Notes: generated by a model from the sequence alone, not told the origin. A stretch of 63,751 bases of DNA, filler included, from Octopus bimaculoides (GCF_001194135.2; 6 parts of 6 records of this genome joined end to end with filler, not necessarily neighbours in it); one strand, 5' to 3'. Counted from the whole stretch's first letter, positions 25,800 through 41,029 are shown. Program-made: numbers and translations.

Positions 25800-26000
25800 T
25801 CTTTTACTTTTTACTTCCTTCACTCATTTTGACTGTGGCCATGCTAGAGCACCACCATTTAGTCGAAGCAATCGACCGCCAGACTTACAATTTGCAAGTC
25901 TTGTACTTATTCCGTCAGTCACTTATGCCGAATCGCTAGGTTACGGGGACGTAAACACACCAATATCGGTTGTCAAGCGATGGTGGAGGGACAAACTTAA
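25800..26000 (-). mobile_element. SINE family B copy
   Basis: gactgtggccatgctagagcaccacc..ggttacggggacgtaaacacacc..ttgtcaagcgatggtgg. Confidence 0.8.
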
Positions 26001-26173
26001 ATATATCCATATATATATGACAGACGTCTTTCAGTTTCCGTCAACCAAATCTATTCACAAGGGTTGGATCGGTCCGTGGCTATAGAAGACACTAGCCCAA
26101 GGTTCCACGTTGCGAAACTTAACCCGAAATCGTGTCGTTGGATGCAGGCTTCTTACTATACACTCACCACACA

Positions 26174-26215
<42 letters not shown>

Positions 26216-26225
26216 TACACACATA

Positions 26226-26270
<45 letters not shown>

Positions 26271-26709
26271 NNNNNNNNNNNNNNNNNNNNNNNNNNNNNN
26301 NNNNNNNNNNNNNNNNNNNNNNNNNNNNNNNNNNNNNNNNNNNNNNNNNNNNNNNNNNNNNNNNNNNNNNNNNNNNNNNNNNNNNNNNNNNNNNNNNNNN
26401 NNNNNNNNNNNNNNNNNNNNNNNNNNNNNNNNNNNNNNNNNNNNNNNNNNNNNNNNNNNNNNNNNNNNNNNNNNNNNNNNNNNNNNNNNNNNNNNNNNNN
26501 NNNNNNNNNNNNNNNNNNNNNNNNNNNNNNNNNNNNNNNNNNNNNNNNNNNNNNNNNNNNNNNNNNNNNNNNNNNNNNNNNNNNNNNNNNNNNNNNNNNN
26601 NNNNNNNNNNNNNNNNNNNNNNNNNNNNNNNNNNNNNNNNNNNNNNNNNNNNNNNNNNNNNNNNNNNNNNNNNNNNNNNNNNNNNNNNNNNNNNNNNNNN
26701 NNNNNNNNN

Positions 26710-26752
<43 letters not shown>

Positions 26753-28027
26753 CATATTTATATATACATACATATATGTATAAACATACATAGGCATATA
26801 TATGCACATATATGTATGTATGCAAGCAAACACATATACAGATATACTACAAGCATACAGATACACAAACAAACACGCACATATATATTGAACGCATACG
26901 CTTAATCGTATAGCTAAATATCTATATGTATAAAATATTAGCCTGTCGTTGAGTTAATAAATACATTTGCGTTTACTAGTGATATTATTCCCTTGCTGTG
27001 TTGTAGAAGGGAAAATAGCATATTCATAAAATCCATCTTATCTAATACTTGATATAGCCCTAAATGTGACCTCTGTGAGATAGATTCTATTTCGACGCCT
27101 TGCATTTCTCAGATCAATCTAACACGGAAAGGAATATCAGAAAATAAATCGTGTCTATAAATATGAGTACGATACACTTTTACGTAGTTTGTAGAAATGA
27201 ATAACCGAAAAATATTTCTGCTTGGGAAAGTTCTATGCAGAGACGGATTCTTACTATATGGACAAACCGAAATTCACAAGCGATGAGAATGCAAATAAGC
27301 AATAAAAATAGATTTTTCCCATCCAATACATTATTCTTTGTTGAGTTATTTATTCAGCCAAAAAATATATGAACATTAGGAAAAAAGAAATCAATGTTTT
27401 GATGAATAGCTAAACATTAAGATATGCAATGATAATAACAAGAGCAATAACAAAATCTACAAAAAACGAATATTTGAATGGTAGTGATATTATATCTATT
27501 GGATATTCATTTGAAGCATTAAATATTAATTATTTGTCAGGAGACCAGTGATCCTATTAACTTGAACAATATGAAACTGAGAAATCTGACTACAATAGCT
27601 TGAAGATAGGAAAGAGGGAAAAGGAATAACATGTATAAATAAGAAAAAAAGGAGGGAATGGATTTATTCAGAGCATTAAAAGGCCAGTGGAGGAAATAAT
27701 GTATAGCGAAAAAGTGAAATTAATTGAGAAATAGTGGCGACCAGATGTAATTAATAAAACAACAAGTCAAATGTTTGAGGGTAAAGAGATATGTAAAATA
27801 TGGAAGACAAAGGAAGTGATGGGAGGTATAGGAAAACTGAATGCTCTTAAAAGGAATGAAAATAAAATAGATTCAATCAGTGTCAATAACAGTGAAGGGA
27901 AAGAGACTTAAATGAAATACAGATTGGAATATGAATACACACACAAACACACATATGTATATGTTATATATATATATATATATNNNNNNNNNNNNNNNNN
28001 NNNNNNNNNNNNNNNNNNNNNNNNNNN

Positions 28028-28039
28028 TTAATTAATTAA
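28028..28039. other. Assembly spacer TTAATTAATTAA inside N gaps (artefact)
   Basis: The identical 12-mer is embedded in Ns here and at 36768, 45382, 52645 and 61381. It gives stops in all six frames. Confidence 0.95.
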
Positions 28040-28216
28040 NNNNNNNNNNNNNNNNNNNNNNNNNNNNNNNNNNNNNNNNNNNNCGATGTTTTTTTTTCAT
28101 CGTTGTCCCCACTTTTGTTTTTTTTTCTGCTTTGTTTTCGACCCCCTCGAAAAGAAAAACTCTACATTTGTATTTTGTACCCTCTGTGTTGAGCCCTGTG
28201 TGGCTAATAAAGAAAC

Positions 28217-28250
<34 letters not shown>

Positions 28251-28668
28251 GTCTGTCGGTCTGTCTCTCTATCTGTCTGTCTGTCTATTTGTGTGTCTAT
28301 CTAGAATATGCATGCATGTGTGCATATACATGCACATGAAATATACGTTTTGTAGAAAATATTTTTTATCTAACACAGCTACACACTACACTACATACAT
28401 ACACATATGTGTGTGCGTATATATGTGTGTGTGTGAGTTTATGTGTGTGTGTGAGTGAAGTTAAGTGTGTGTGTGTGTGTGTGTAGTTATTAGATAATTA
28501 TATTTTCTGTACAACATAAAATAAGTACATAGGTACATACAGAGCTACACACGCAAGCACTTACATACATATGAACAACGTGTGTGTGTTTTCCATAGAT
28601 CTAAAACTTTTCTCAAAGAAAGCTGGAAGTTTCGTCAATAGTGGACTTACACTCTGAGGAGTTTATAT

Positions 28669-28709
<41 letters not shown>

Positions 28710-29049
28710 NNNNNNNNNNNNNNNNNNNNNNNNNNNNNNNNNNNNNNNNNNNNNNNNNNNNNNNNNNNNNNNNNNNNNNNNNNNNNNNNNNNNNNNNNNN
28801 NNNNNNNNNNNNNNNNNNNNNNNNNNNNNNNNNNNNNNNNNNNNNNNNNNNNNNNNNNNNNNNNNNNNNNNNNNNNNNNNNNNNNNNNNNNNNNNNNNNN
28901 NNNNNNNNNNNNNNNNNNNNNNNNNNNNNNNNNNNNNNNNNNNNNNNNNNNNNNNNNNNNNNNNNNNNNNNNNNNNNNNNNNNNNNNNNNNNNNNNNNNN
29001 NNNNNNNNNNNNNATATATATATATATAATATGCATGTATATATGATAG

Positions 29050-29850
29050 TACCCATCTTGAAGTCGATGTATTTGTCAAGAACCACGTGGGACCCACAGC
29101 ATTGTGCGATGATGCATGCAGTATGAAGATTTATCCTATAGAACATCTTCGTATCTGAGAGCCAGCCTGTTCTTCCCCAAGGTTGTCATTGATCTCTGTC
29201 TTCAGTGACAAAGGATGATCGCGAAGATTACCTTAGCTAGTAAAGCAATTGCCGAGGCAGTCAGCCTGAACGTCTTCATTATATTATATCAGTTTGAACA
29301 ATTGAGCTGTTTCATTGTGATATCTTATGCTTGCTTCAGGAGATCTGCACAGATCTCATCCATTTCTGTTGTTGCTTTGTAATGTTTTTAAGTAGCAGAT
29401 GACTAGCAACTTCAGGACTTGTGATATCGCTCAGCCGATGATCGATGACGGTTGGCTATCTTTCAAATTACTTGAAGGCTAAGCTGAGAGGAGGCTAGTT
29501 GAGAGGATGTTGCAGGTGTGCTCAAACCAATATTTAGAGAAAACTCGACCTCTGTTCCAGACTGTTCCCTTGGATTCCGCTCAGTACTTAGAACATTTTG
29601 TTGTACCACCACATGTCCTCTTCGACCCAAAACTCTAGTCATGTTCTTGTTTCATCTTGACAGTTTTTCTTAACCTCTGGAGGTTTGCACTCCTCGTTCA
29701 ATTCTGATCATTGATTTCTGGTATGTTTTGATTCGATCTCTTTTCTTCACTCTCCGTTTTGCAAGCGATTACTTCAGATCAAAGCAGGTAATCTTTCCAT
29801 CAAATCCCCTATCTTCGTACAATGCCAGCTTTATCTGTTAACTGTAAATT
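29050..29850 (-). pseudogene. RTE-clade LINE reverse transcriptase N-terminal remnant
   Basis: Frameshifted motifs MDEICADLLK, AIALLAKVIFAII, LKTEINDNLGEEQAG and YIDFK, resembling GxDGIxAELLK, GISLL, EEQAGFR and FIDFxKAFD. Confidence 0.7.
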
Positions 29851-31496
29851 TGAAACCATGGAGCATTAATTTTGACTGCCCTTAACATAGATCAGAAGGC
29901 TGTACAATCGAATTTCGCTTGCATAAAATCTCAGATTAAGCATTATATTTATCATGACCAAAGTAAATTTATTAGCTAAATGTTAAAATATCCAAGCTGG
30001 GAAAGTTAGGTTTTAGATTTAGATTCTCTCAGCAATAAATGCCATTTTAAAAATATTTCAGTACTTAATGAAATAATATACATATTTGGAATTAAGGAAA
30101 TATAAGACACATAATACATTAAATTCAAAATGGTCCATTATCTTTTCATGTTAAAGAAATATATTTGGTATACCATTTAAAACTGATCTGCTACATCAAT
30201 ATTTCGTTCACCTTGGAATTATTTGAGTTCAAGTTGCTACAATACATCCTGCTATTTTAAGAAAGCTATCCAATACAATTGGAAGTGTTTGATTGAAGGA
30301 AATTAGATATGTTTTTATTCTTTGTAATTTTATCTCCTTGCTATTTTTGTTCCTTTAACATTTCAAAATTATCTCAATTAGTCAATCGAAATATTTTGAA
30401 AAGAAATCGATCCTTTGGATTTCTTTATCAGGAAATGCCCTTACACATTTTTTCATGTACGTTTTCATGTGATTCCGTTACAATATAAAGTAAACATATT
30501 GGGATAGCGAAAAAATATAGTGAAACGGTTTTCCAAACAGGAAATGAAAGGGATTGTACAGAACAACCTTGTATTGTTGTATCTATGGAAACTGAGAAGT
30601 ATTAATGGCCTTTATTTTATTATGCAAATGTTTGTGTATAATTTATTTCAACTTTGATAACAATACAACATACATAAAAAAATTGCTACACCTTAGATTA
30701 CACATGTTAAACTACAATGTATGTAGATACATATGCTGATATTACAATATCACCATGCGTATCTGCATACATATATAGTCGTGATTATTTTGTAATATGG
30801 GGAGATGTATGCAATTATGTTATACTGGAAAGGCACATATGATTGTATTGTATGTAAAGAATTGTCCTGTGCTCTCTATTAGTTAAGTATCATAAATTTT
30901 GTGCATGATGTTTTCTGTAATTTGCATAGTTTACGTTGTTGTGTTTTAAAACAATTATATCTCTGCCCGATATATTATTCCGTGACAGCTATTATTCAGT
31001 AGACATGATTTAGATAATAAGTTGTGACTATGATGTCAATTAATTTTATTTGTATTGTACAATACATTAACTATTCTGTGATGTGTATGCTTCAGAGTGA
31101 ATTACTTATTTGTTCGTTATTTAATGTGAATTTTATTCCGTGGTGTCGTTTAGAATATTTACATATAGTTCAGTGTGATATATTGTCATGTCTTTGTGGA
31201 CTAATTTAGATGAAGGTCAGTGTATTGTATGTATAAACAAAATGTATTCGCCTACTGTTAACTAAATTTCAAGTACTGGCCCTAATTCAAAGGAAAAGTG
31301 TAAAACACTTTCATCTTATGAAACAATAAAAACCAATATGTTTAAAATTTGCACCTGGCTATGTCAATGGTTCATGATACTTTTTGTTATCCCATGATAT
31401 ATACTCTGGTAATACAAGAATCGCATATGTCATAAAAATACAACGTTTAGTTGTAAAACTACTCTCTCTTTCCCCTTCTATCTCTCTCCTTCCCTT

Positions 31497-31533
<37 letters not shown>

Positions 31534-31540
31534 TTGTCTT

Positions 31541-31585
<45 letters not shown>

Positions 31586-31589
31586 CTTG

Positions 31590-31620
<31 letters not shown>

Positions 31621-31761
31621 AGTCTCTTACTCTTACTTTCACCTTCTCTATCTTGCTTTCTATACTAACCATTCTTTCTTGATTCGTTGCGTTGCATTAT
31701 CGTACAATTTTATGCATGATGTACTTCAAAGCACTGTTCACAGAAAGGTACAAACTCTTAC

Positions 31762-31865
31762 AATTTACGCATGTTTGGTTTGCTTTAGCGTTCCACTTTT
31801 GCATTAGGTATTCCTGTTGTTTTATAGCAGTAAACTGCGATTGTTCTACAATACACTCCTTATAG
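31762..31865 (-). CDS. Candidate internal coding exon (YKECIVEQSQFTAIKQQEYLMQKWNAKANQTCVN)
   Basis: Acceptor ttggtttag| and donor |GTAAGAG, 104 nt. The only open frame starts in phase 2, compatible with the 46206 donor. Confidence 0.25.
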
Positions 31866-32501
31866 CTAAACCAATACTGACAAGCCATAAATTCATAATG
31901 GCATTAATATAAATTTTATATATGTACATTGATCTATAACATGACGTAGCTTAGAGATATACTATAGAAGTTTATTAACTTCATATTTGAAACGATATGA
32001 ACTTTTGAAATATTCACTTACCTTGTAAATGGTTTGTCACAACTATAATGTATAAGAATGAGAACAAACAATTATTAAGCTAGTTAAGAGTAATAGGTCA
32101 GTATTAAAACTGTAATATACTGCATTTCTGCGTAAGGCATTTCAAAGAATCCATAACGACACTTTACCTTAGTGACATCAAACTTATAAGAAATACGTAT
32201 AAGAGCTAATCTATGCATCTATTTACATAACTTTATTGGTCTCGTTCTGGTTTGTCTTGTGTCTCTCTCTTTCTAAATCAGTGTCATTTGCTCCTCTTAT
32301 TTATTAGAGTAAAACTTACAGAGAGACAGACACAAATTCATATATACATACACACACTCACACACACTTATACATATATGCATACTATCATCCCCGATAA
32401 CCGTGTGACAATTCGGTTCGATAGCAATACGGCTGTTGAACTCCATACCATCAGCCATAATAATACAAGTAGTGATAACAATATTATCAGTAGTGATGCT
32501 A

Positions 32502-32503
<2 letters not shown>

Positions 32504-32578
<75 letters not shown>
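32504..32578. repeat. (AAT)n microsatellite
   Basis: Perfect trinucleotide run. Confidence 0.98.
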
Positions 32579-32579
<1 letters not shown>

Positions 32580-33945
32580 GATAAGTAGACAATGAGCATA
32601 TGCCAGAAAATATGGAGAAAATGGAACTGAAAATATGAAACACTGGAATACTGAATCGATTGGAAGAAAAGAAAAACTTAGGAAAGTCAACATCAGACGT
32701 GGTTTATTTTAAGGTGATAACGTATCTTGAAATAGAGAAAGGGCATGATCAGATAAGTCATCTTCTTTCTATGGATGATATAAAGTTTTATGCGAAAAAT
32801 GCGAAGCGGGCTGAAAGTCTTGTACATACTGTTCGCATTTTCTCAAATGAAGTAGAACTGAAATTTGGGGTAATCAGATATTGAGTTGGAATAGTAGATT
32901 AGACAAAAAGTGAGATACAGAAACTTGATAGAAAAACTAGAAAGCTGTTCACTATGTATGGAACCCATTGTCCAAAAGCTGACAATAATTGGTTGTACTT
33001 GAAGAGAGACCAGGATGGAAGAATGTGTACAAAATGGACATAAAAGGCCTATTAGAATATTTACAGCACAGAGAAATTACTAAAGGCAGTTAGTAAAGAA
33101 CATGTGCTAAGGTGTAGAATAGGGCAAAAGGACGAGATTGGAATAGAAAGAGAGTATGTAAAACATATTAAGGAAAAACTTTGGTACGATCAGTTTTAGA
33201 AAGCCACTAAGGATTATAGGGAACAAAACCCTGGACTTGGTTGAAACAGGGCAACCGAGAAAAGATGCAAAGAGCTTTATTATAGCTGCTCAAGGCAAAG
33301 CGTTAAAAGTAAATAACTTGAGAAAATACGGGCATGGGCAAATGGTGTCGGCAAAATTAAAGAATATATGGAATTTAAGGATGAAACAATGACAAACACT
33401 GTTGTAGAAAGTCGGAAGATGGCTCAGGGGGATTATAAGAAATGGAGATATGAGTAAGATGTGGATGTTTTACACTTGAAGCTTTGTCAGAAATGAGTAT
33501 CTGCAACTGGAAGTACTTGGTATAATCGGGTTGAAAGCGTGCTTGACTCGGAGAAATGCAAGATTTTATAGGCTTTTCGTATCAAAACGGAAGAGATTGA
33601 AAATAATAAACCAGATATAGCAATAATATACAAGGAAAAGCGGAATTGCTTACTGATTTGATTAATTTCCTTTTGATTTTCGGATCGTAAAGAATGAAAA
33701 TGAAAGATTAATAAAATCCAATCACTCAAAATTTGAAAGAGAATTCGGAATATGAAAACTGTAACGTTGTGTCTGTAAGAATCGATGCATTAGGGACTGT
33801 GAGTAATGAAATACACAAATGGTTAATAGAGATTGAAATGGAAAGTCCTGAACAACTTCTACAGAAAGTTTGCCTCTTAAGAGCAGAAAAGATTATTAGA
33901 AGTGTTTTGAGCACGTGAAAGATTCTTAAGGTTACAGATACTTCT
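32580..33945 (+). pseudogene. R4/Dong-like RLE non-LTR retrotransposon, 5'-truncated and decayed
   Basis: KVNIRRGLF*GD, HLLSMDDIKFYAKN...VHTVRIFS, IIAAQ, NKPDIAII..CLLI and LLQKVCLLRAEKIIRSVL. Bounded by (AAT)n on both sides. Confidence 0.85.
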
Positions 33946-33959
33946 GCCAGCTCACCGCC

Positions 33960-34232
<273 letters not shown>

Positions 34233-35231
34233 GTATAATAATTTTTTTTTGTTTTTGCACGTACCTGTTGTGTGCGTCACACTTACTTGAATGAAGTGGC
34301 AAAGCGAGAGAAAGGAGGACAGAGGGGAAGTAAGATACAGAGAGAGTGAGAGAGAACGATATAGTGAAAGAGTGAGAGAGAAAGATATAGTGAGAGAGTG
34401 AGAGAGAAAGATATAGTGAGCGAGTGAGAGAGAAAGAGAGAGAGAGTGAAAGAGACACTGAGTGGTGACAGCGTTCGTTTTGTGCTTTTAAATCTTTCGG
34501 AGAGGAAGTAAGAAAGAAAGAAAGAGAGTGAGAGAGGGAGAGAGAAAGAGAGAGAGAGAGAGTCAAAGAGACAGTGAGTGGTGACGGCACTCGTCTTGTG
34601 TTTTTAAACGTTTATCACATCGCAGGAGAAGTGGATGAATAGATACATATACACACTGCTAAATCAAAAGTGGGAGTGAAGAGGGAACAAAGGAAGTAAA
34701 AGAGAAAGAAAGTGAGAGACACAGCAGATGCATAAATCCAAAGAAAGGTTTATACATAGATATATACACACAGCAAATATTGTTAATTTCACGTTTCATT
34801 ACCACACGACGATAAAATTAACTCACTCCTCAGGCATGCATAACATTAACGTAGCTCTCAGGGAGATTCAGCCTCACACAGAATATGACAAGGCTTGCCC
34901 CTTTGAATTACAGCTACAACTCGAATATGAATGTATTTGTGTGTATAGTTTGGGTTACTTAAAAAAACATGTTTGCAATAATAAGTGTCACGTGGTGGAA
35001 ATAAGCGCAATTACCAAACTTTCATTCATAAATCCATTTATTATTTCGATCTTTTGCATTTCAATTTGTACAGTAAGGTTCTTTGAATATGCACGATATA
35101 TCTCAAAGTTAAATAGTAATTCCGTTTACGTTTGTGTAACTGAGATATTTTGGTTGTATTATATGGTCATCGGTGTTACACTACTTTCTATATTCTGTAA
35201 CTGTCACAATATACTTTTCTAGGCTTGAATT

Positions 35232-35360
35232 TTTGTTGGGAGGGGGCTAGTTGATTAGATCGACCCCAATACACAGCTGATACTTAATTTATCGACCTCG
35301 AAAGGATAAAAGGCAAAGTTGATCTCGGCAGAATTTGAACTCAGAACGTAAAGAAGACAG
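35232..35360 (-). mobile_element. SINE family A copy
   Basis: taatttatcgacctcgaaaggataaaaggcaaagttgatctcggcagaatttgaactcagaacg. Confidence 0.8.
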
Positions 35361-36688
35361 ATGGTCATAATATACAAACATTTCTCAAGGCACCAGTACA
35401 GTGTTAACAGATGCTCACATTTTTTATGTTTTCCGTGAATTTTTCACGGGTCCAGCTAGTAATTATAACACTTGTACATCTAGTCGTAACGAGGGTGAGG
35501 CAAGTGCTATTAACATACTTAACACAAAGAGTAACTCTAGTCGTACTAACTATATACAACATAATCATATTCTAAATAGCCATCCTTGTAATATCTTTCA
35601 TCATTGAAGCTATGTAACTGTAAAAATTAATTTCTGAGCCCTCTTAATAATAGGTGTCTGGCAAAAAATATTGTTTATAGATGTAATATTCATACTAACC
35701 AGAATACATTTACCTATATTGGTATTACTTCTTACACCTTCAAACGAAGATGACATACTATAATCACGACTTTAGAAAAACAGATAAGGTTAAAACATGA
35801 CTATGAAAATTTGGAAGTTAAACGCTTTCTACTCCCGTATTACCTAAAATATTAAGAAAATGCTAGATCTTATATTAACGATAGGTATGGTTGTAGTTTC
35901 TGCTGCATGGAAAATCTTAAAACGTTCAGGTGAAGTTATTAACGAATCAGATTAACTCGGGATTAAATGCCTGCATTCCATTAGAAAAACCTCTTTCTAC
36001 TTAAAACCTATTATCTAGTCCAATTCCAGTTACTGTGCTATTATTTCAAATCTTACGCAATAAATATTCATATTTGACAATTAATATCTTGTCTCACATC
36101 TAATAGCTTACGTAAACCATTATTTCCCTAGTAACTATGAATAATCTAAATACTGAGGTCTTGCCGCAGCTCATATATTGTAACGCACTCTTTAGTTTGA
36201 TTCAAGTATTGGATATCTTCATTACAACAGAATCATGCACACCCAGTGGCTGGATATACAACTCTTTACTATAATGTGTACTCCTTTTAGATCAATCATT
36301 ACCTTACAGTAAATACTAAACGCTAAATATTAAATATTTAATATCAAATATATTAATTTCTGTATTCAAGATGTTTATAACTTGCTAAGCTTTTATCATC
36401 ACTATTTTATTTGGTTTGTCTTCATTATTACTTTTCGAACGATCAGAACATGATATCATCCTCGTGTTGTTCACTAAAAGGACGCTTCATTCTGTATACT
36501 TCCTCTTTTTTCTCGTCCTCTCTTCTTCCATCTCTTATACTTGCCATTCCTTCTCTCTATATATATGGCATTTATCCTGTTTTTGAATGTTTCTTTTCTA
36601 TCCTTGTCGGCTTCATTTGTATATTTGTTATTCTTTATTTTTTTTTAATCTAAAATCAGTAGTGCAGATTTTACTGTTCTAAGATTGC

Positions 36689-36723
<35 letters not shown>

Positions 36724-37624
36724 NNNNNNNNNNNNNNNNNNNNNNNNNNNNNNNNNNNNNNNNNNNNTTAATTAATTAANNNNNNNNNNNNNNNNNNNNN
36801 NNNNNNNNNNNNNNNNNNNNNNNATAATAATTATCGCGAAATGTATGCCAGTCAGGCAGAGTGGTGTGTAGAGGGGTTGAGGGGGAGGAGTAGAAAAAGT
36901 AGAGATGGTGAGGGTGAAGAGAAGAGGTGTGGTAGAGATTGTGTGTGTATGAGAGAGAGAGACTGGGGTAGCAGTGGTGGTGGGGTGCCCACGCTGGTTA
37001 TATTGCACTCAATAGCACAGATTAACATAAGAGAGAGAAGAGAGAGAGAGAGAGAGGTAAATGGGTGTATGTGAGAGCGAGAGAGAGAGAGAAAGACAGA
37101 GAGGATAATCTGCGAAGTAGAAAACAATAAGGATTAGTGGAAATACAGTTTCATTAGGTTTAATCCAGACAGTCCACATGGTGAATTAACACCTGTTATT
37201 ACAGATCAATCGATAGTCTGAGACAAAACTCACACCTCCTAACTTGCACTATCCATTCCATTTTCATTATTCTTCGTAGCTTTTAGCTGCACAAAGAAAA
37301 TTGAGTTTTTTTTTTTATTTTTACATGCTTTTGGTTTCTTTTTTATTTATTAATATTTACAGTAGTTACAATAGAAAGAGGAGTGGGTGGAGGTAGTAAG
37401 CATTTCTCTCCTGATGTACATATATATATATATATAATTATATATATATATATATATCTGTATATTAAAATTAATCAAAGGACATACCAAGTATGTCTAC
37501 CTGCTGGAAATAACAGTCAAAACTCTCATTTAAATCGCCAAAATACACTGATAATAACTATCTTCGCAAATTATTTGCTCCAGATTGAAATATGTGTGTG
37601 TGTGTGTGTGTGTGTGTTTGAAAA

Positions 37625-37835
37625 TATTTGTGTGTCTGTGTTTGTTCCCCCACCATCGCTTGACAACCAATGTTGGTGTGTTTACCTCCTTGTAACTTAG
37701 CGGTCCGGCAAACGAAAACCGATAGAATAAGTACTAAGCTTACAAAGAATAAGCCCTCGGGTCGATTTGCTCGACTAAAAGCGATGCTCCATCATGACCG
37801 CAGTCAAGTGACTGAAACAAGTAAATGAATAAAAA
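37625..37835 (+). mobile_element. SINE family B copy
   Basis: ccaccatcgcttgacaacc..gtaacttagcggtccggcaaa..gtcgatttgctcgactaaaa..gactgaaacaagtaa. Confidence 0.85.
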
Positions 37836-38564
37836 AGAATATATATATATATATATACATGTGACATCATCATTCTGCATGTGTTTTCCACATGAAGAAA
37901 TGGTTGAATGGTCTCACAATTTGTTGTGGTTCTTCCTCACCTGGACTCAATAATAAAAACCTCAACTAAACCATGAGAATTACATGTCACATATTTTGCC
38001 AATGCTTTTAAAGCTAGCCACCCTTATTCCCATGACAAATTACTTTACAACAAACCCTGAGGGTATTTCATTGACCCAGCCACCCACAACTGGTTTCTCT
38101 TTTCTGTAATTCAGAGTTCATGCTCTCTTAGGCACATTGCCTGTACAGAAGATTGCGGGGCCCAGCTTTCCCCCATTTGTCTCTTCTTAAGTTTATTACA
38201 TTCACTACAGTTGCTAAGCCCATGCTGTAGCACTACCTTCTGAGACAAATGTGCTGTCCTTTTTTTTGTGTGTGTGTCTGTCTGTGTGTCTCTGTATATG
38301 ACTACAGATCCAGTGCTTTTGTACGACTTATTTACATACATGTGACTATACAAATTATTGAATGACAAGGGAATCAGAATTACATAATCAACTTCATTAG
38401 CTTACAGCTGTTTCTGCTACGAGGAGAAGTACACTCAGAGCCGAGTGCTTGTGCAACATCCTTTAGCTTCCTCAGAGCCATTAAAATGAAATGTATGTTT
38501 ATTTCAGAAAGCATTTAAATACATAGAAATGATTAACCTCCTTCCCTTCTTCTATTTGCGTGTA

Positions 38565-38602
<38 letters not shown>

Positions 38603-39371
38603 NNNNNNNNNNNNNNNNNNNNNNNNNNNNNNNNNNNNNNNNNNNNNNNNNNNNNNNNNNNNNNNNNNNNNNNNNNNNNNNNNNNNNNNNNNNNNNNNNN
38701 NNNNNNNNNNNNNNNNNNNNNNNNNNNNNNNNNNNNNNNNNNNNNNNNNNNNNNNNNNNNNNNNNNNNNNNNNNNNNNNNNNNNNNNNNNNNNNNNNNNN
38801 NNNNNNNNNNNNNNNNNNNNNNNNNNNNNNNNNNNNNNNNNNNNNNNNNNNNNNNNNNNNNNNNNNNNNNNNNNNNNNNNNNNNNNNNNNNNNNNNNNNN
38901 NNNNNNNNNNNNNNNNNNNNNNNNNNNNNNNNNNNNNNNNNNNNNNNNNNNNNNNNNNNNNNNNNNNNNNNNNNNNNNNNNNNNNNNNNNNNNNNNNNNN
39001 NNNNNNNNNNNNNNNNNNNNNNNNNNNNNNNNNNNNNNNNNNNNNNNNNNNNNNNNNNNNNNNNNNNNNNNNNNNNNNNNNNNNNNNNNNNNNNNNNNNN
39101 NNNNNNNNNNNNNNNNNNNNNNNNNNNNNNNNNNNNNNNNNNNNNNNNNNNNNNNNNNNNNNNNNNNNNNNNNNNNNNNNNNNNNNNNNNNNNNNNNNNN
39201 NNNNNNNNNNNNNNNNNNNNNNNNNNNNNNNNNNNNNNNNNNNNNNNNNNNNNNNNNNNNNNNNNNNNNNNNNNNNNNNNNNNNNNNNNNNNNNNNNNNN
39301 NNNNNNNNNNNNNNNNNNNNNNNNNNNNNNNNNNNNNNNNNNNNNNNNNNNNNNNNNNNNNNNNNNNNNNN

Positions 39372-39402
<31 letters not shown>

Positions 39403-39425
39403 GTCAATATATTTTTCTTTTATTT

Positions 39426-39830
39426 CTTTCACTTGTTTCAGTCATGTGACTGCAGCCATGCTGGAGCAAACCAACCCCAGGACTTATTCTTTTGTTAAGG
39501 GGGTGTAAATGCACCAGCATCAGTTGTCAAGCGATGCTTGACAAACACAGACATACAAACATACACACACACACATCTCTATATATATATATATACATAT
39601 ACATATATGTGTGTATGTGTATTTATCTGACTGTGTTTGTCTCCCCACCATCACTTGATAATGAATGTTTGGTGTGTTTACGTCCCCGTAACCTAGCAGT
39701 TCGGCAAAAGAGACCGATAGAATACATACTAGGCCTACAAAGAATAAGTCCTGGGGTCGATTTGTTTGACTAAAAGGTGGTGCTCCAGCATGGCTGCAGT
39801 CAAATAACTAAAACAAGCAAAAGAGTGAAA
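39426..39830. mobile_element. Inverted pair of SINE family B copies
   Basis: An internally deleted minus copy at about 39426-39560 and a plus copy at about 39630-39830, separated by a CA/TA microsatellite. Confidence 0.85.
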
Positions 39831-40714
39831 CAACACTGCCAATGCATGTATGTGTAATCACATTTACACATCATCATCACCTCCTTCATTATCATCATCA
39901 CCTCCTTCATCAGTTGTAGGTTTTATTGACATTATTTCACAGCTGGATGCTCTTCTTGTCACCTACCCTTGTTCTTATAGTAAGATATTGTTTTTATTCC
40001 ACAAATTCTCACACACCAAAACCAAAGAAGCTGCCTTGCTATAACTCGTGCCAAAAGGTGTCCTATGCAAAGACATGTGGAATTAAAAGTCAACATGAAA
40101 GCAAACATTAAATGATGATGATGAGGATCTATATACATATAATGTCCAACCCATACCAGCATCGACAACAGACATTAAATGATGATGATATAGTGAAAAG
40201 TATGCATAGATAACTCGAGAAATCTATACATATACTTACAATATATATATATATACACACACACATATATATACACACACAAGTCAGTCTAAGTAACTGT
40301 CCACACAAACAGCATATTAAAAAAGTCTCCTGTTGAATTAATAGGTGTAAATAAATAAATAAAGTAAGAAAGAAAGAAAGGAGATGAAATACTGAAATAG
40401 AGCAAAAAATAGCAATGTAAACAACATGAAGATTACACATAATTATAGTATGGACGTCTATCATTCAATCAGCAGCTTTGTTGATCTAATTAAACTTAAT
40501 TACCACTATACATCACTTAGTGGTTGATTGTTGCAATGGCTTGGTTGTAGATAAAGCCATTATCTTAGTCATGAGGATAGAATGCGCCATCAGCACGCCA
40601 CGGTTGTATGTTAGGCTTACAATGGTTCCAGTCTTGCGGAGCCGAAAATCTATGACAAAAGGGAGACGAGTATATACCTAGGTGTGATAAATATGGTCAT
40701 TGTTATACAGTTGT

Positions 40715-40830
40715 TAAGGTGGTGGAAGGAAAGTCTTGTAACATTTGTTTTAATTCTCTGTGATCTGAGTTCAAATCTTATCAGGCTCAACTTTGCTTTT
40801 TATCCTTTTGGGGTGTTGATAAACAAGATC
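40715..40830 (+). mobile_element. SINE family A copy
   Basis: gagttcaaatcttatcaggctcaactttgctttttatccttttggggtgttgataaa. Confidence 0.65.
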
Positions 40831-41029
40831 CACTCCGAGGTAGTGGATTCACAGAACAATGAGAGAAGTCTGGGGAGATGCCTTGTGGTATCCATTTTGG
40901 TTCTTTGTGTTCTGAAAGTAACATCTACGATGACACTTGTGCCAGGATGTCTTGGACCATGTTGGTGGAATTTCCTTTAGATAAGCACTAGTGTCATAGA
41001 AGAGACAGACCTTCATGCATCAACACCCT

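Noticed and set aside
38111-38480. Short ORFs and splice-like sites on both strands
   Set aside because: Several mutually incompatible readings, none supported.
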